Assembly (NCBI GenBank): GCA_963717145.1
Contig: OY970325.1
Location: 3,680,001-3,744,000, forward strand
Source: an uncultured Armatimonadetes bacterium
GTDB lineage: Bacteria > Armatimonadota > UBA5829 > DTJY01
Length of the DNA stretch: 64,000 nt
Direction: 5' to 3'
How positions within the stretch are numbered: position 1 is the first letter of the stretch; every line of letters begins with the position of its first letter. The position numbers were made by a program, and so were the translations under genes. Shown in pieces: positions 38,391-48,147 of this stretch. Below the pieces are notes generated by a model. The model worked only from the letters and a program-made list of their open reading frames with translations, was not told the origin of the DNA and did not search any database.

Positions 38391-39406
38391 TTATGCAGCG
38401 AGCTTGAACGGCTCCACGGGGAGCAGACGATGAACGACGCTGTTTCCCAGAGATGACAGCAGCCACTCGATGAGCGGGCCCTCCCTGCCGAGTTGGCTCT
38501 CCAACTCCTCATCCGGGTTCGAGGTGAACGACGCCGTGCAGATGAAGAAGAGCGCCGCCCGTGCGATCGCAGTCGGAAGCGCTTCGTGCTCGATCTCATC
38601 GAGCGGTCCGTAACCCTCCAGGAACTCCTCGAGAGCGATCTCGAGGAGTTCCCCGGCAGCAGCGACCAGAGCGCGTATCCCAAATCGTGAAGCCGCTCGG
38701 CGCGCTGGATGAAGTCGAAATCAAGGATGCAGGTCACCCGGCCGTCGGTGAAGATCTGATTCCCCGGATGCCAGTCGCCGTGGATGATCGTCATCGGCAG
38801 GTCGCGGCTCACCGTGCGCCACCGGGTCATCACCAACTCATGCAGGCGTCGGGCCTCCTGGACCTGCTGCGACGGGAGGCGCATCCCGGCCAGGCGACTC
38901 AGGCCCTCATCCATGATCTCCTCCGAGGGGTAGTTCGACCAGCCCGGCCTGGGGCCGTCCTCGACGTCCACGAGTGCGTCGTGCATGCGTCGGAGCATCT
39001 CGCCGCTCGCACGGGCCTGTCGGACGCGGCTCATGAACGGACGGCCCGCGATGAACGGCGTCAACATGATGAGCCGGTCGTTCCAGCCGACGAAGGGGCA
39101 TCCGTCCGGGGTCTTCAGCGGATCGAGCGCCGGGATGCCCTCATCGCGGAGGAAACCGATCACTTGGAGAGTGAACTCGATGTGTTCCTCGATGGCAAAC
39201 CCCGAGAGGACTCTGACGACGTACATGCCGCCGGTCGTCTGCACCTTCAGATTGACGTTCAGGCAGCCGCCGAGCCCGCCGTGGACCGCCACCAGTTCGC
39301 CGATATCATACCGCTTGAGGATGCGTCGAACGTCCTCGACGGGCGGTACCTGCTTGTGGAATGGGCTCGATTCGGCGAAACTGTCCAGGATCTCCATGCA
39401 ATCCAT
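38391..39406 (-). CDS. APH/homoserine kinase type II-like phosphotransferase; frameshift near 38625
   Basis: IIHGDWHPGN, ILDFD, DLG; C-terminus FLEGYGPL..E continues in another frame to TAA at 38391. Confidence 0.8.
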
Positions 39407-39527
39407 TGCGCGGCCTCGTGCATCCGGTGTGTGATGCACTTCTATACCCATGCGGATGAGCCGCAAATCAGAGCGCAGCGGGAGGGCGAAGCTCCGTCTG
39501 AGCCGGCTCTGTCGGGGGATGAATACC

Positions 39528-39639
39528 CCGTCAGTCCTGAGTTCGCCGGTGAATGACGGCGAGTAACGAAGGACGGCCTTGCTGCAGGAGCCGTCCTTCG
39601 TTACTCGCCGTCATTCACCGGCGAACTCAGGACTGACGG
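39528..39639. repeat. 112 bp long-hairpin element, copy 1
   Basis: ccgtcagtcctgagttcgccggtgaatgacggcgagtaacgaaggacggc...perfect inverse. Confidence 0.9.
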
Positions 39640-39655
39640 TTGGTGGAGTCACAGG

Positions 39656-40975
39656 TTAGAACTGCGGCAGCCACGGAGCGAGCGCCTCGAACATCTCGTC
39701 GCACATCGCCCAGACCTTCTCGGGCGTCAGGATCGCCGACGTGAGCGGATCGTGCAGGACCGCGAGCTTCGCGAGGTTCCGGTCGCCCGTGAGCGCCGCA
39801 TCGACCGCCATCCGCTGGACGTTCACGCTCGCCGAACAGGTCGCCGCGCACTGAGTGGGCAGCTCGCCGACATACATCGGCTGGATGCCGTTCCCATCCA
39901 CGATGCACGGCAGCTCGACGGTGCACCCGTCGGGCAGGTTCGTGATCAGTCCGGTGTTCGCCACGTTGAAGCAGCCCCAGTAACGCCGGCCGGTCTCGAG
40001 CGCCTCGATGATGTACGACCCGTGCTCGTTCGAGCGGTCGCCAAGCGGAATCTGGTCGAGTTCGCCGTTGATCCACTTGGGGTAGTTCTCCTTGTACGAA
40101 TTCTGGCTCTCCCGGCAGACGCGCAGGTATCCGCCCGTCTCACCGCCGGCCCACGACTCGGGGTTGTACCAGCGCTCCTTCTCGGACTGCGCGCCCTTGC
40201 GATACCAGGGCAGGTACTCGCTCAGGTGGCCGTTCGACTCGGTCGAGTAGTAGCCGAACCGCTCCAGCACGTCGATCCTCAGCGGCTCGCCTTTCACGAG
40301 TTCCTCGTGCGACTTGAACGCCTCGAGGATCTTGCCGGTGAGATCGACGCCTTTGTGCGAGACCTTGATGAACCACGTCTGATGGTTGATCCCCGCGCAG
40401 ACGTACTGCATCTCCTCCTGAGGAATGCCGAGCGCATGTGCGATCTGCCACGCGCCGCCCTGGACTCCGTGGCAGAGGCCGATGATCCTTACGCCGCCGG
40501 CCTTCCGTACCGCCCAGGTGTTCATCGCCATCGGGTTCGAGTAGTTGAGCCAGAGGGCGTTCGGGCAGACCTCGCGCATGTCGGCGGCGATATCGAGCAG
40601 GACGGGGATCGTCCGCAGCGCGTAGAAGATCCCGCCCGGGCCGAGCGTGTCGCCGACGCACTGATCGACGCCGTACTTCAGCGGGATCTCGATGTCGTGG
40701 GCGAAGGCCTCCAGTCCGCCGACCCGCACCATGCTGACCACGTAGTCGGCGTCCCTGAGGGCCTGCTTGCGGTCGAGGGTGGCGACGATCCTGGCGGGCA
40801 GGTCGTTGTCCTTCACCATCTTGGCGCAGAGGTTCCGGGCCATCTCCAGGTTCTCCTCCGAGATGTCCATCAGCCGGAACTCGGTGTCCCGCAGCTCCGG
40901 CACGGCGAGAATATCCATGAGCAACCTGCGCGTGAAGCCGACGCTCCCCGCACCGATGAATGCGACCTTGATCAC
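39656..40975 (-). CDS. melA: GH4 alpha-galactosidase/alpha-glucosidase
   Basis: IGAGS, DIEIPLKYGV.Q.VGDTLGPGG, LNYSNPM, GLCHG, GINH, STESNGHLSEY. Confidence 0.9.
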   Translation of the reverse strand: MIKVAFIGAGSVGFTRRLLMDILAVPELRDTEFRLMDISEENLEMARNLCAKMVKDNDLPARIVATLDRKQALRDADYVVSMVRVGGLEAFAHDIEIPLKYGVDQCVGDTLGPGGIFYALRTIPVLLDIAADMREVCPNALWLNYSNPMAMNTWAVRKAGGVRIIGLCHGVQGGAWQIAHALGIPQEEMQYVCAGINHQTWFIKVSHKGVDLTGKILEAFKSHEELVKGEPLRIDVLERFGYYSTESNGHLSEYLPWYRKGAQSEKERWYNPESWAGGETGGYLRVCRESQNSYKENYPKWINGELDQIPLGDRSNEHGSYIIEALETGRRYWGCFNVANTGLITNLPDGCTVELPCIVDGNGIQPMYVGELPTQCAATCSASVNVQRMAVDAALTGDRNLAKLAVLHDPLTSAILTPEKVWAMCDEMFEALAPWLPQF

Positions 40976-41315
40976 TGTGACCTCCTTGGATGAGACTGCA
41001 GACGGTAGACTTTGGACTGCAGACCCCGGAGTGGGAACCGCCAAGGCGCCAAGAATGCCAAGCAAACCTCCCCCGGCCTGCTGGCCGGCCCCTCCTTCGT
41101 AAGGAGGGGCGCGGAAGGAAGATGTCCTTCCTTCCGAAGGGGGACGGGCCTCTGGGCCGATGGGGTTCTGTCGCGCCGACTGCAGTCGTGTCCTCACTCC
41201 ACTTTCGACCTCCGTGGCCCTCTCCCCTCCCCCCAATTGCCCTATCCCCGCTCCCGTGCTATACTGCCCCAGACACGCGCGATGCGCGTATCCCAGACAA
41301 AGGAGGTCGGCTGTT

Positions 41316-41564
41316 ATGGTCAGAGCCCTTGTGTTGATGCACGTGGACCGCGGGCAGGTGCCCAAGACCGCGAAGAAACTCGCGGAGATGGATGAGGTCG
41401 TCGACGTCTACTCCGTCGCCGGCGGATACGATCTGGTGGCGATCGTCCAGACGGAGGAGTACGAGCGACTCGCGGAGGTAGTCACGGAGAAACTGCAGTC
41501 GGTGGACACGATCCACGACACTACCACGTTGATGGCATTCAGAAGCTACAAGTTCTCGGCTTAA
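41316..41564 (+). CDS. Stand-alone RAM (Lrp/AsnC ligand-binding) domain protein
   Basis: 82 aa, VYSVAG.YDLVAIV, T.TL.AF; no HTH; AGGAGG RBS. Confidence 0.88.
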   Translation: MVRALVLMHVDRGQVPKTAKKLAEMDEVVDVYSVAGGYDLVAIVQTEEYERLAEVVTEKLQSVDTIHDTTTLMAFRSYKFSA

Positions 41565-41578
41565 GGGAGGTGACGGAA

Positions 41579-42610
41579 ATGATCCAATCGGCTCTGAGAA
41601 AACTCACCGTGGGCGAGCACCTGTCGGAGGAAGAGATATTCGACATAATCGGCCACATCCGGACCGGCGAGATAACCGATGTACAGATCGCCGGGTTCCT
41701 GGTCGCCCTGCTCATGAAAGGCCCGACGATCCGCGAAGTCGCGTCGATCGCTCGGGCGATGCGTGCCAACTGCGAGCAGATATCGCCCAAGGTAGACGGC
41801 GATCTCGTCGATACGTGCGGCACGGGCGGCGGCAAGACCACGTTCAACTGCTCCACGGCGGTCGCAGTGGTCGCCGCATCGGGCGGCCTCAACATCGCAA
41901 AGCACGGCAGCCGGTCGCTCTCATCGCTGTCGGGAAGTGCGGATGCATTCGAGAAGCTCGGTGTCGCGATCGACCTGACGCCCAAGCAGGCGGAGAAGCT
42001 GATCGAAGCAGCAGGCATCAGCTTCCTGTACGCCCCGAATTTCCATCCCGTAATGCACAAAGTCCTTCCGCCGGAGATGGCGCTCGGGATCAAGACGATC
42101 TTCTACACGATCATCGGCCCACTGATCAACCCAGCGGATGCGAAGCGCCACATACTCGGCGTCTACAGGCTCGAGTTGGTCGAGATGGTGGCCGATATCC
42201 TGGTCGAACTCCAGTTCACCCACGCGCTGGTCGTACACGGGCTCGATACGCTCGACGAGATCTCCGTGATCGGCAAGACGTCGGTCGCCGAGGTCAAGGA
42301 CGGCTGGGCGAGGAAGTACGAGCTTCGCCCGGAGGACCTCGGTCTGCCGAGATACACGTATGAGGAGCTTGTCGGCGGCACCCCGGAGCAGAACGCCGAG
42401 ATACTCAAGGCAATCCTCACGGGCAAGGAGAAGGGCGCGCGGAGAGATATGGTCGTCGCGAACGCCGCGGGCGCATTGATGGTCGGCGGCAAGGCGGAGG
42501 ATCTGCGGGCCGGCGTCAAACTTGCCCAGGAGTTGATCGACAGCGGCACAGCGCAGAAGAAGCTCGAACAGCTCATCACCGAGTCGAACCGTATCGCGGC
42601 GTCGGGATAG
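41579..42610 (+). CDS. trpD: Anthranilate phosphoribosyltransferase-like protein with divergent active site
   Basis: DTCGTGG, TFN.ST, AKHG.RS.SS.SGSAD, AP.FHP.M, GPL.NP, LDEIS. Confidence 0.85.
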   Translation: MIQSALRKLTVGEHLSEEEIFDIIGHIRTGEITDVQIAGFLVALLMKGPTIREVASIARAMRANCEQISPKVDGDLVDTCGTGGGKTTFNCSTAVAVVAASGGLNIAKHGSRSLSSLSGSADAFEKLGVAIDLTPKQAEKLIEAAGISFLYAPNFHPVMHKVLPPEMALGIKTIFYTIIGPLINPADAKRHILGVYRLELVEMVADILVELQFTHALVVHGLDTLDEISVIGKTSVAEVKDGWARKYELRPEDLGLPRYTYEELVGGTPEQNAEILKAILTGKEKGARRDMVVANAAGALMVGGKAEDLRAGVKLAQELIDSGTAQKKLEQLITESNRIAASG

Positions 42611-42617
42611 GTAAGAC

Positions 42618-43325
42618 ATGTCGGTTGGCAGATTCTCAAAGGCCCTGGCGGCGGCTCGTGCTTCCGGCAGGGCTCCGATCATCTCTGAGATAAAGAGCAT
42701 AAGCCCCAAGGAAGGCGATCTTCTCGCGGGTCGGGATCCGGCGGCCCTGGCGAACACCATGGGGGCGGCCGGCGCGGCGTGCATCTCGGTCGTAACCGAG
42801 CCGCATGACTTCGGCGGGAGCATCGATCTGCTCCGAGCCGTATCGGCGGCCGTATCGCTCCCGGTCCTGCGCAAGGACTTCGTGACTTGCAGCGAGGACG
42901 TCAGGATCACGCAGGAGGCAGGCGCGTCCTGTCTCCTGCTCACGGTCTCGATGCTCGACTGGCCGCTGCTGATGGAGTTGCACAGGGAGGCCCACGAGAT
43001 CGGCATCGAGACGCTGGTGGAGGTCCACAACGAGTCCGAACTCCGGAAGGCGCTGACTCTCGATCTCGACCTGCTCGGCATCAACAACCGGGACATCCTG
43101 GTTCTGGAGCGGGACGATGGTACGGTGTCGAATACGTTGGATCTGATCCGCATAGTCCCCGTGGGCATCTCGGTTATCAGTGAGAGCGCCATCTCGACGC
43201 CGGAGGAAGTGACAGCGCTGTTGGAGGTGGGCGCATCCGGGCTGCTCGTCGGTACCTCGATCCTGATGGCGACGGATACGGCGGCGGCCGTCCGACGACT
43301 GGTTTCGGCCGCGCTGTCATTCTGA
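42618..43325 (+). CDS. trpC: Indole-3-glycerol phosphate synthase-like protein
   Basis: EIK..SP..G, ISVVTE, LRKDF, LVEVH, GINNRD. Confidence 0.85.
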   Translation: MSVGRFSKALAAARASGRAPIISEIKSISPKEGDLLAGRDPAALANTMGAAGAACISVVTEPHDFGGSIDLLRAVSAAVSLPVLRKDFVTCSEDVRITQEAGASCLLLTVSMLDWPLLMELHREAHEIGIETLVEVHNESELRKALTLDLDLLGINNRDILVLERDDGTVSNTLDLIRIVPVGISVISESAISTPEEVTALLEVGASGLLVGTSILMATDTAAAVRRLVSAALSF

Positions 43326-43404
43326 GACAGGGCTGTCATTCTGAGCGAAGCGAGGAATCCGGCCCGACGCAGAACAGATTCTTCGCTTCGCTCAGAATGA
43401 CAGC
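43314..43404. repeat. GTCATTCTGAG-family palindrome; a partial copy supplies the trpC stop codon
   Basis: ctgtcattctgagcgaagcga.gaatc...gattcttcgcttcgctcagaatgacag; relatives near 9167, 52178 and 52797. Confidence 0.8.
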
Positions 43405-43423
43405 CGTGGTTACGGTTAACTCC

Positions 43424-44104
43424 ATGGTCAGAGTCAAGATCTGCGGCAATACGGACACGGAACAGATCAACATGTGCGTCCGAGCCGGCGCGGATGCCGT
43501 GGGATTCGTCGTCGAGTATCCCGTTCCCGTGCCATGGAACCTGACTCGGGAGGAGGCACGTGACCTCCTGCCCGTCGTCCTACCGTTCGTGAGCCGAGCG
43601 GTGGTGACCGGCGGCCCGGCGGAAGTCGTCCTCGCCATCGCCGAGTTCCTGTCGCCGGACGTCATTCAGCTTCATACGGATAACACGGTGGACGAGACGG
43701 CTCTGATCGCGCGGGAACTCGCTCTGAAGCATATAGGATTGATCCGGGCACTGAGGATCGATGTCGCCGCCGGAGTCGCATCCGGCGAGATCGATGATCC
43801 GGTCGAGGCAGCCCTTGCTCTCCAGGAAACAGGCATCTCAGCCCTGCTTGTCGATGCCCGAACCGACAGCATGCCGGCGGGCACCGGACTGAGCGTGAGT
43901 TGGGACCTCGCGCGCACAATCCGCGATTCGATCCGCATTCCGCTCATACTGGCGGGCGGCTTGAATCCCGGCAACGTCCGCGAGGCGATTGATGCGGTCC
44001 GGCCATACGGCGTGGACGTGATTTCGGGCGTCGAGGCGTCCCGGCGACTCAAGGATCCCGCGCTGGTGGAGGAGTTCATCCGCCGGGCGAAGGGAATGGA
44101 GTGA
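43424..44104 (+). CDS. trpF: Phosphoribosylanthranilate isomerase
   Basis: VKICG, GADAVGF, IQLH, LLVD...GTG, LILAGGLNP.NV, GVDV.SGVE. Confidence 0.9.
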   Translation: MVRVKICGNTDTEQINMCVRAGADAVGFVVEYPVPVPWNLTREEARDLLPVVLPFVSRAVVTGGPAEVVLAIAEFLSPDVIQLHTDNTVDETALIARELALKHIGLIRALRIDVAAGVASGEIDDPVEAALALQETGISALLVDARTDSMPAGTGLSVSWDLARTIRDSIRIPLILAGGLNPGNVREAIDAVRPYGVDVISGVEASRRLKDPALVEEFIRRAKGME

Positions 44105-44117
44105 CGGAGTGACTGCC

Positions 44118-45365
44118 ATGTACGACAAGCTCGACCAACTGACCACAGGCTGCATGAGGTGCGGGAGCTGCAACGCAGTCTGCCCGTCCATTCAGGAACT
44201 CGGGGCGGAGAGCCTCTCCCCGCGGGCACGTGTGCGCGTCGTCCACGGACTCATCACCGGCGAGGTCGAGCTTTCCCCGCGCTATCAGGAGATCATCGGG
44301 ACGTGCATGAACTGCATGGCGTGCGCCGAGGAGTGCCCGAGCGGAATCCGTCCGAACGAGGTCGTGCTCAACGCGCGAGGGCAGATGGCCCTGGAGAAGG
44401 GTCTGCCGCTCGTCAAGCGGATGATCTTCCGCCGTGCGATGCGCATGAGGCGGATGTTCCCGGCCGGCGCAAAACTGATGGGCATGCTCCAGCGCGCCTC
44501 GTTCATCGGCAAGCCCTGGAGTCCAGCCCGGCTCGCTCTCCCACTCATGGGAATGAAGCTCGACAAGCAGATCCCCTACTTCGACCTGAAGCCGTTCCTC
44601 GAACGCACGGCGGAGCTCGTCCCCGCAACGAACCGCAAGTGCCGAGTGGCCTATTACGTCGGATGCTCGGGCAACCTGATCTACCCCGAGATCGGCGAGG
44701 CGGTCGTCGGGCTGCTCAACCATTACGGCGTCGAGGTCGTCATCCCGAAGGGCCAGATGTGCTGTGGAACACCGCTCTACAACTCCGGCGATCTCGTCGG
44801 GGCAGCATATTTCGCCCGACAAAACCTGCGCGCGTTCGAGGGCCTCGAGGTCGATGCGATCATCACGGCCTGCGGGACATGCGGGATGTCGTGGCGACGG
44901 GAATGGAGCGAACTGCTGGGGGTCGATGTGCCGGAAGGCGTGTCATCGAAGATATACGACATTGCCGAGTTCCTGACCGACTGCCTGGGGATCGACTCGA
45001 TCGAGTCAATCGCCGAACGGAACGTGCGGCTGACCTACCACGATGCATGCCACCTGGTCCGCGGCATGAGGGTCGCCAATCAGCCGAGGAAGCTCCTGTC
45101 GTCGCTGCCGGGAGTCGAACTGGTGGAGATGAACGAGGCCGACAAGTGCTGTGGCGGAGCGGGGGCATTCAGCATCTACCATCCCGACCTGTCGAGGGCG
45201 GTCGGAAGTCACAAGGCCGAGAGTATTGCGAAGACCGAAGCGGATATGATCGTAACCGGATGCCCCTCGTGCATGATGCAGCTCGATGAAGTGCTCCACC
45301 TCGCCAGATCGCCCCGCCCGGTCACTCACACCGCGTGCGTGCTGTGGGAGATGGTTAATGGTTGA
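44118..45365 (+). CDS. Fe-S oxidoreductase (GlcF-like, two 4Fe-4S motifs and two CCG domains)
   Basis: CxxCxxCxxxCP twice, MCCG, YHDACH, CCG, GCPSC. Confidence 0.9.
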   Translation: MYDKLDQLTTGCMRCGSCNAVCPSIQELGAESLSPRARVRVVHGLITGEVELSPRYQEIIGTCMNCMACAEECPSGIRPNEVVLNARGQMALEKGLPLVKRMIFRRAMRMRRMFPAGAKLMGMLQRASFIGKPWSPARLALPLMGMKLDKQIPYFDLKPFLERTAELVPATNRKCRVAYYVGCSGNLIYPEIGEAVVGLLNHYGVEVVIPKGQMCCGTPLYNSGDLVGAAYFARQNLRAFEGLEVDAIITACGTCGMSWRREWSELLGVDVPEGVSSKIYDIAEFLTDCLGIDSIESIAERNVRLTYHDACHLVRGMRVANQPRKLLSSLPGVELVEMNEADKCCGGAGAFSIYHPDLSRAVGSHKAESIAKTEADMIVTGCPSCMMQLDEVLHLARSPRPVTHTACVLWEMVNG

Positions 45366-45425
45366 TGGCTGATGGTTAATGGCGGAATGGCTCCCATCAA
45401 CCATGAACCATCAGCCATCAACCAT
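45351..45425. repeat. Inverted 7-bp-period stutter repeat overlapping both convergent gene ends
   Basis: (atggttg/atggctg)n ... (ccatcaa/ccatcag)n. Confidence 0.8.
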
Positions 45426-46043
45426 CTCCCCTCCCCTAGCTTTTCCACGAACTCTCTGCGAGTTCATGATGTACGGCTCTTTTGCCGACATCGGAAGCAC
45501 TCGGCCCATGATCTGCTCGGTCGGAATCGGGCCGAAGTTTCGGCTGTCGAGCGATATGTTCTGCGCGTCACCGACGAGGAAGACCCTGCCTTCAGGCACA
45601 TAGAGATGCTGGAGTCGCCCAAGGCCCGGATTGCGGCTGAGCACCCTCTGAACGCGCGAGACGTCATGAGGCTTCACGACCTCGGTGTAGCGATGACTGT
45701 TGCCATCGGGCGCATACTCGATCAGCCAGAGATCCTCGCCAGGCCCGGCGGCAACCCGCTTTACGCAGGTCTCACCGTCGGCGATGGCCACGACGATCTC
45801 ACCCCTGGTGGGGGAGGTGTGCTCGTAGAAGCCCTTGTCGAGCACGAAGACGTAATTCGGCTTCAGGGTCGGGGTCATCGACTCGCCCACGACTATCCCG
45901 AGCCTGAATGGAGAGAACCTCAGCACCAGCGCGCCCAATACCAGCACGGAGCCGAGCGCGAGGAGATGGACGTACCCGCGCTGCCTCGAACGTCTCGGGC
46001 GACGGCCGGACTGCATCTCGCTCAGGTTTATCGCGTAAGCCAT
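45411..46043 (-). CDS. lepB: Signal peptidase I
   Basis: GESMTPTL, RGEIVV, VKRV..GPG, FLVGD....S.DSR.FG. Confidence 0.88.
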   Translation of the reverse strand: MAYAINLSEMQSGRRPRRSRQRGYVHLLALGSVLVLGALVLRFSPFRLGIVVGESMTPTLKPNYVFVLDKGFYEHTSPTRGEIVVAIADGETCVKRVAAGPGEDLWLIEYAPDGNSHRYTEVVKPHDVSRVQRVLSRNPGLGRLQHLYVPEGRVFLVGDAQNISLDSRNFGPIPTEQIMGRVLPMSAKEPYIMNSQRVRGKARGGEMVDG

Positions 46044-46204
46044 CTCGGACCCCCTTCCCGGTCATTCCTCTCTCACACTCTTAGACGCTGTATGTACCCG
46101 CAAGGTTTTATGGAATTTGCCCTGAGAGCAGGAATTCCGCAAGCCGGTCTTCAATACTCAAAGTTAGACCGCAGACAGCACCGTTCACTTCAATGGAGTT
46201 GAGC

Positions 46205-47437
46205 ATGAAACTTGAAGTCGCCTCCCGCGTCGCCCGCATGGCCGATGAAGCCACCGATCTCCTGTGCAAGCTGATCGCCATTCCGAGCGTAACCGGCCAC
46301 GAAGCCGAAGCTCAGGTGTACCTCGCCGGGCATCTCCGCGCTCTCGGATTCGACCCACAGCTTATTCCCATCCATGAGGGGATCGAATCGGACGAGGATT
46401 ATACCCCTGTCCCGAACCACAAGGGCTATCAGGACCGGGCGAACGTCGTCCTGAGCATCCTCGGTTCCGGCGGCGGACGGAGCATCCTCCTCAACTCCCA
46501 CATGGACGTGGTTCCCGGCGCGGACGAGCTGTTCGCGCCCCGGGTCGAGGACGGAGTGATCTATGGTCGGGGCGCGTGCGATGCGAAGGGTCAATGCGTG
46601 GTCATCATCCTTGCGCTGAATGCCCTCAAGGCCGCCGGTGTGAAGCTCAGAGGCGACGTGACCGCCGAGTTCGTGATCGAGGAGGAGGCCGGTGGGAACG
46701 GCGCGCTCTCGGTCATCATGGACGGCTATCGTGCCGACGGCGCGATCATCCTCGAAGGGACGGACCTCAAGATCGCCCCCGCGAATCGAGGCGCGGTGTG
46801 GTTCAAGCTCGACGTCGAGGGTAAGGCGACGCACATGGGCCGATGGCGCGAGGGAGTGAACGCGATCGACGAGACCACTGCGATACTCGACATCATGCGG
46901 GAATACGAGAAGCAGTTGGTCGCGGGGTCTCACGGCGATCCCCTGTTCCCCGATCCGGCGAGCACGGTGAAGGTGAACCTCGGCACGATCCACGGCGGTG
47001 AGTGGCCCTCGATGGTCGCTCCGAGATGCACGGTCGAGGGCGGGATCGGCTTCCTGCCGAACAAGCGGCTGCGTGAGGTCCGTGACGAGGTCCGGGCAGC
47101 GATAGAGGCTGGTGCGAGCGAGTGGGCGAGGGATCACTATGAGCTGACGTTCAACCGCCTGCACAACGAGGCATATCGCACCGATCCCGAGCACCCGATG
47201 GTCAAGACGCTCCAGGCGTCCGCGGAGTCGGTGCTCGGCTCGGCGGAGATCATCGGGATGACGGCCTCATGCGATGCGCGGCTCTTCTATCACCGTGGCG
47301 GGATGCCGACAGTCGTCTTCGGCCCGAGCGACATCTCGTTCGCCCATGCGGCCCACGAGCAGGTCAAGGTGAAGGATATCGTCTCAGCCGCCCAGATCCT
47401 GGCAACATTCATGGTCGACTGGTGCGGAGCGGAGTAG
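46205..47437 (+). CDS. M20 ArgE/DapE-family deacylase
   Basis: LNSHMDVVP, YGRGACDAKG, EEE.GG.G, AH...E. Confidence 0.9.
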   Translation: MKLEVASRVARMADEATDLLCKLIAIPSVTGHEAEAQVYLAGHLRALGFDPQLIPIHEGIESDEDYTPVPNHKGYQDRANVVLSILGSGGGRSILLNSHMDVVPGADELFAPRVEDGVIYGRGACDAKGQCVVIILALNALKAAGVKLRGDVTAEFVIEEEAGGNGALSVIMDGYRADGAIILEGTDLKIAPANRGAVWFKLDVEGKATHMGRWREGVNAIDETTAILDIMREYEKQLVAGSHGDPLFPDPASTVKVNLGTIHGGEWPSMVAPRCTVEGGIGFLPNKRLREVRDEVRAAIEAGASEWARDHYELTFNRLHNEAYRTDPEHPMVKTLQASAESVLGSAEIIGMTASCDARLFYHRGGMPTVVFGPSDISFAHAAHEQVKVKDIVSAAQILATFMVDWCGAE

Positions 47438-47455
47438 GTGCTGGATCTCGGGTGA

Positions 47456-47869
47456 TCAAAGGCCTGTCTGAGCTAGGAATTCGGCGGGCGAAACGATGGC
47501 GCAGTTCCGAAACTTCTTCAGGCGTAAGAGGTGTTTCCTGTCACCGGAGACTATGTAGTCAGCTTGCGCCTCTATTGCACATTCCAAGACACGGGTATCG
47601 TCTCCGATACTCTCTTCGTCGGCGATCAAGTCTGTCTTTGGATGTAACACGGCACAGAATGCAAGAACCTTGCGGATGAGCAATTCCACCACGAGTTCCT
47701 CACGAGAGAACTTGTCTCGCAGCACGTGGGCAAGCTCCTCTATCAAGTAAGGTGAGGTGAACGCCTCAATCGCTCCAGTCCTGGCTAGCGATACCACCTC
47801 GCTGGGTTTCCCACCAGGAAACATCACCGCTGAAACCAGCACATTCGTGTCCAGCACGACCCGTATCAA
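47456..47869 (-). CDS. PIN-domain toxin (VapC-like)
   Basis: VVLDTNVLVSA, DD..VLECA, ADYIVSGD..HLL. Confidence 0.92.
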   Translation of the reverse strand: MIRVVLDTNVLVSAVMFPGGKPSEVVSLARTGAIEAFTSPYLIEELAHVLRDKFSREELVVELLIRKVLAFCAVLHPKTDLIADEESIGDDTRVLECAIEAQADYIVSGDRKHLLRLKKFRNCAIVSPAEFLAQTGL

Positions 47870-48126
47870 GCTCTGTACTTCTCCCTGAGTGATTCCCGGA
47901 CCTCATCCACCAAGCGCTCTACGTCATCTTCCGAGGAAACGCCCATCTTGCGGGCCTGTTCCGCCATATCAGCTTGGAGATCCTCCCAGGAGATGTGCTT
48001 GTCCATGTACTCCAGAATTGCCTCTCGAAGTACCGAACTACGAGTCCGGCGCTTGCGTTTCGCCAGACGATCGAGTTCCTGCACAATCTGGTCAGAGATG
48101 GATATGTTAATACTCTTCGATGCCAT
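47866..48126 (-). CDS. CopG/RHH antitoxin
   Basis: INISIS.....LD.LA.....RS.VLREAI; overlaps the PIN start. Confidence 0.88.
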   Translation of the reverse strand: MASKSINISISDQIVQELDRLAKRKRRTRSSVLREAILEYMDKHISWEDLQADMAEQARKMGVSSEDDVERLVDEVRESLREKYRA

Positions 48127-48147
48127 AGTCAATCACCTCCTACTTCA

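Noticed and set aside
37913-39466. 517 aa kinase-glycosidase fusion in the ORF track
   Set aside because: Artefact of a frameshift near 38625; the kinase ends at 38391 and the next gene has its own signal peptide at 38320.
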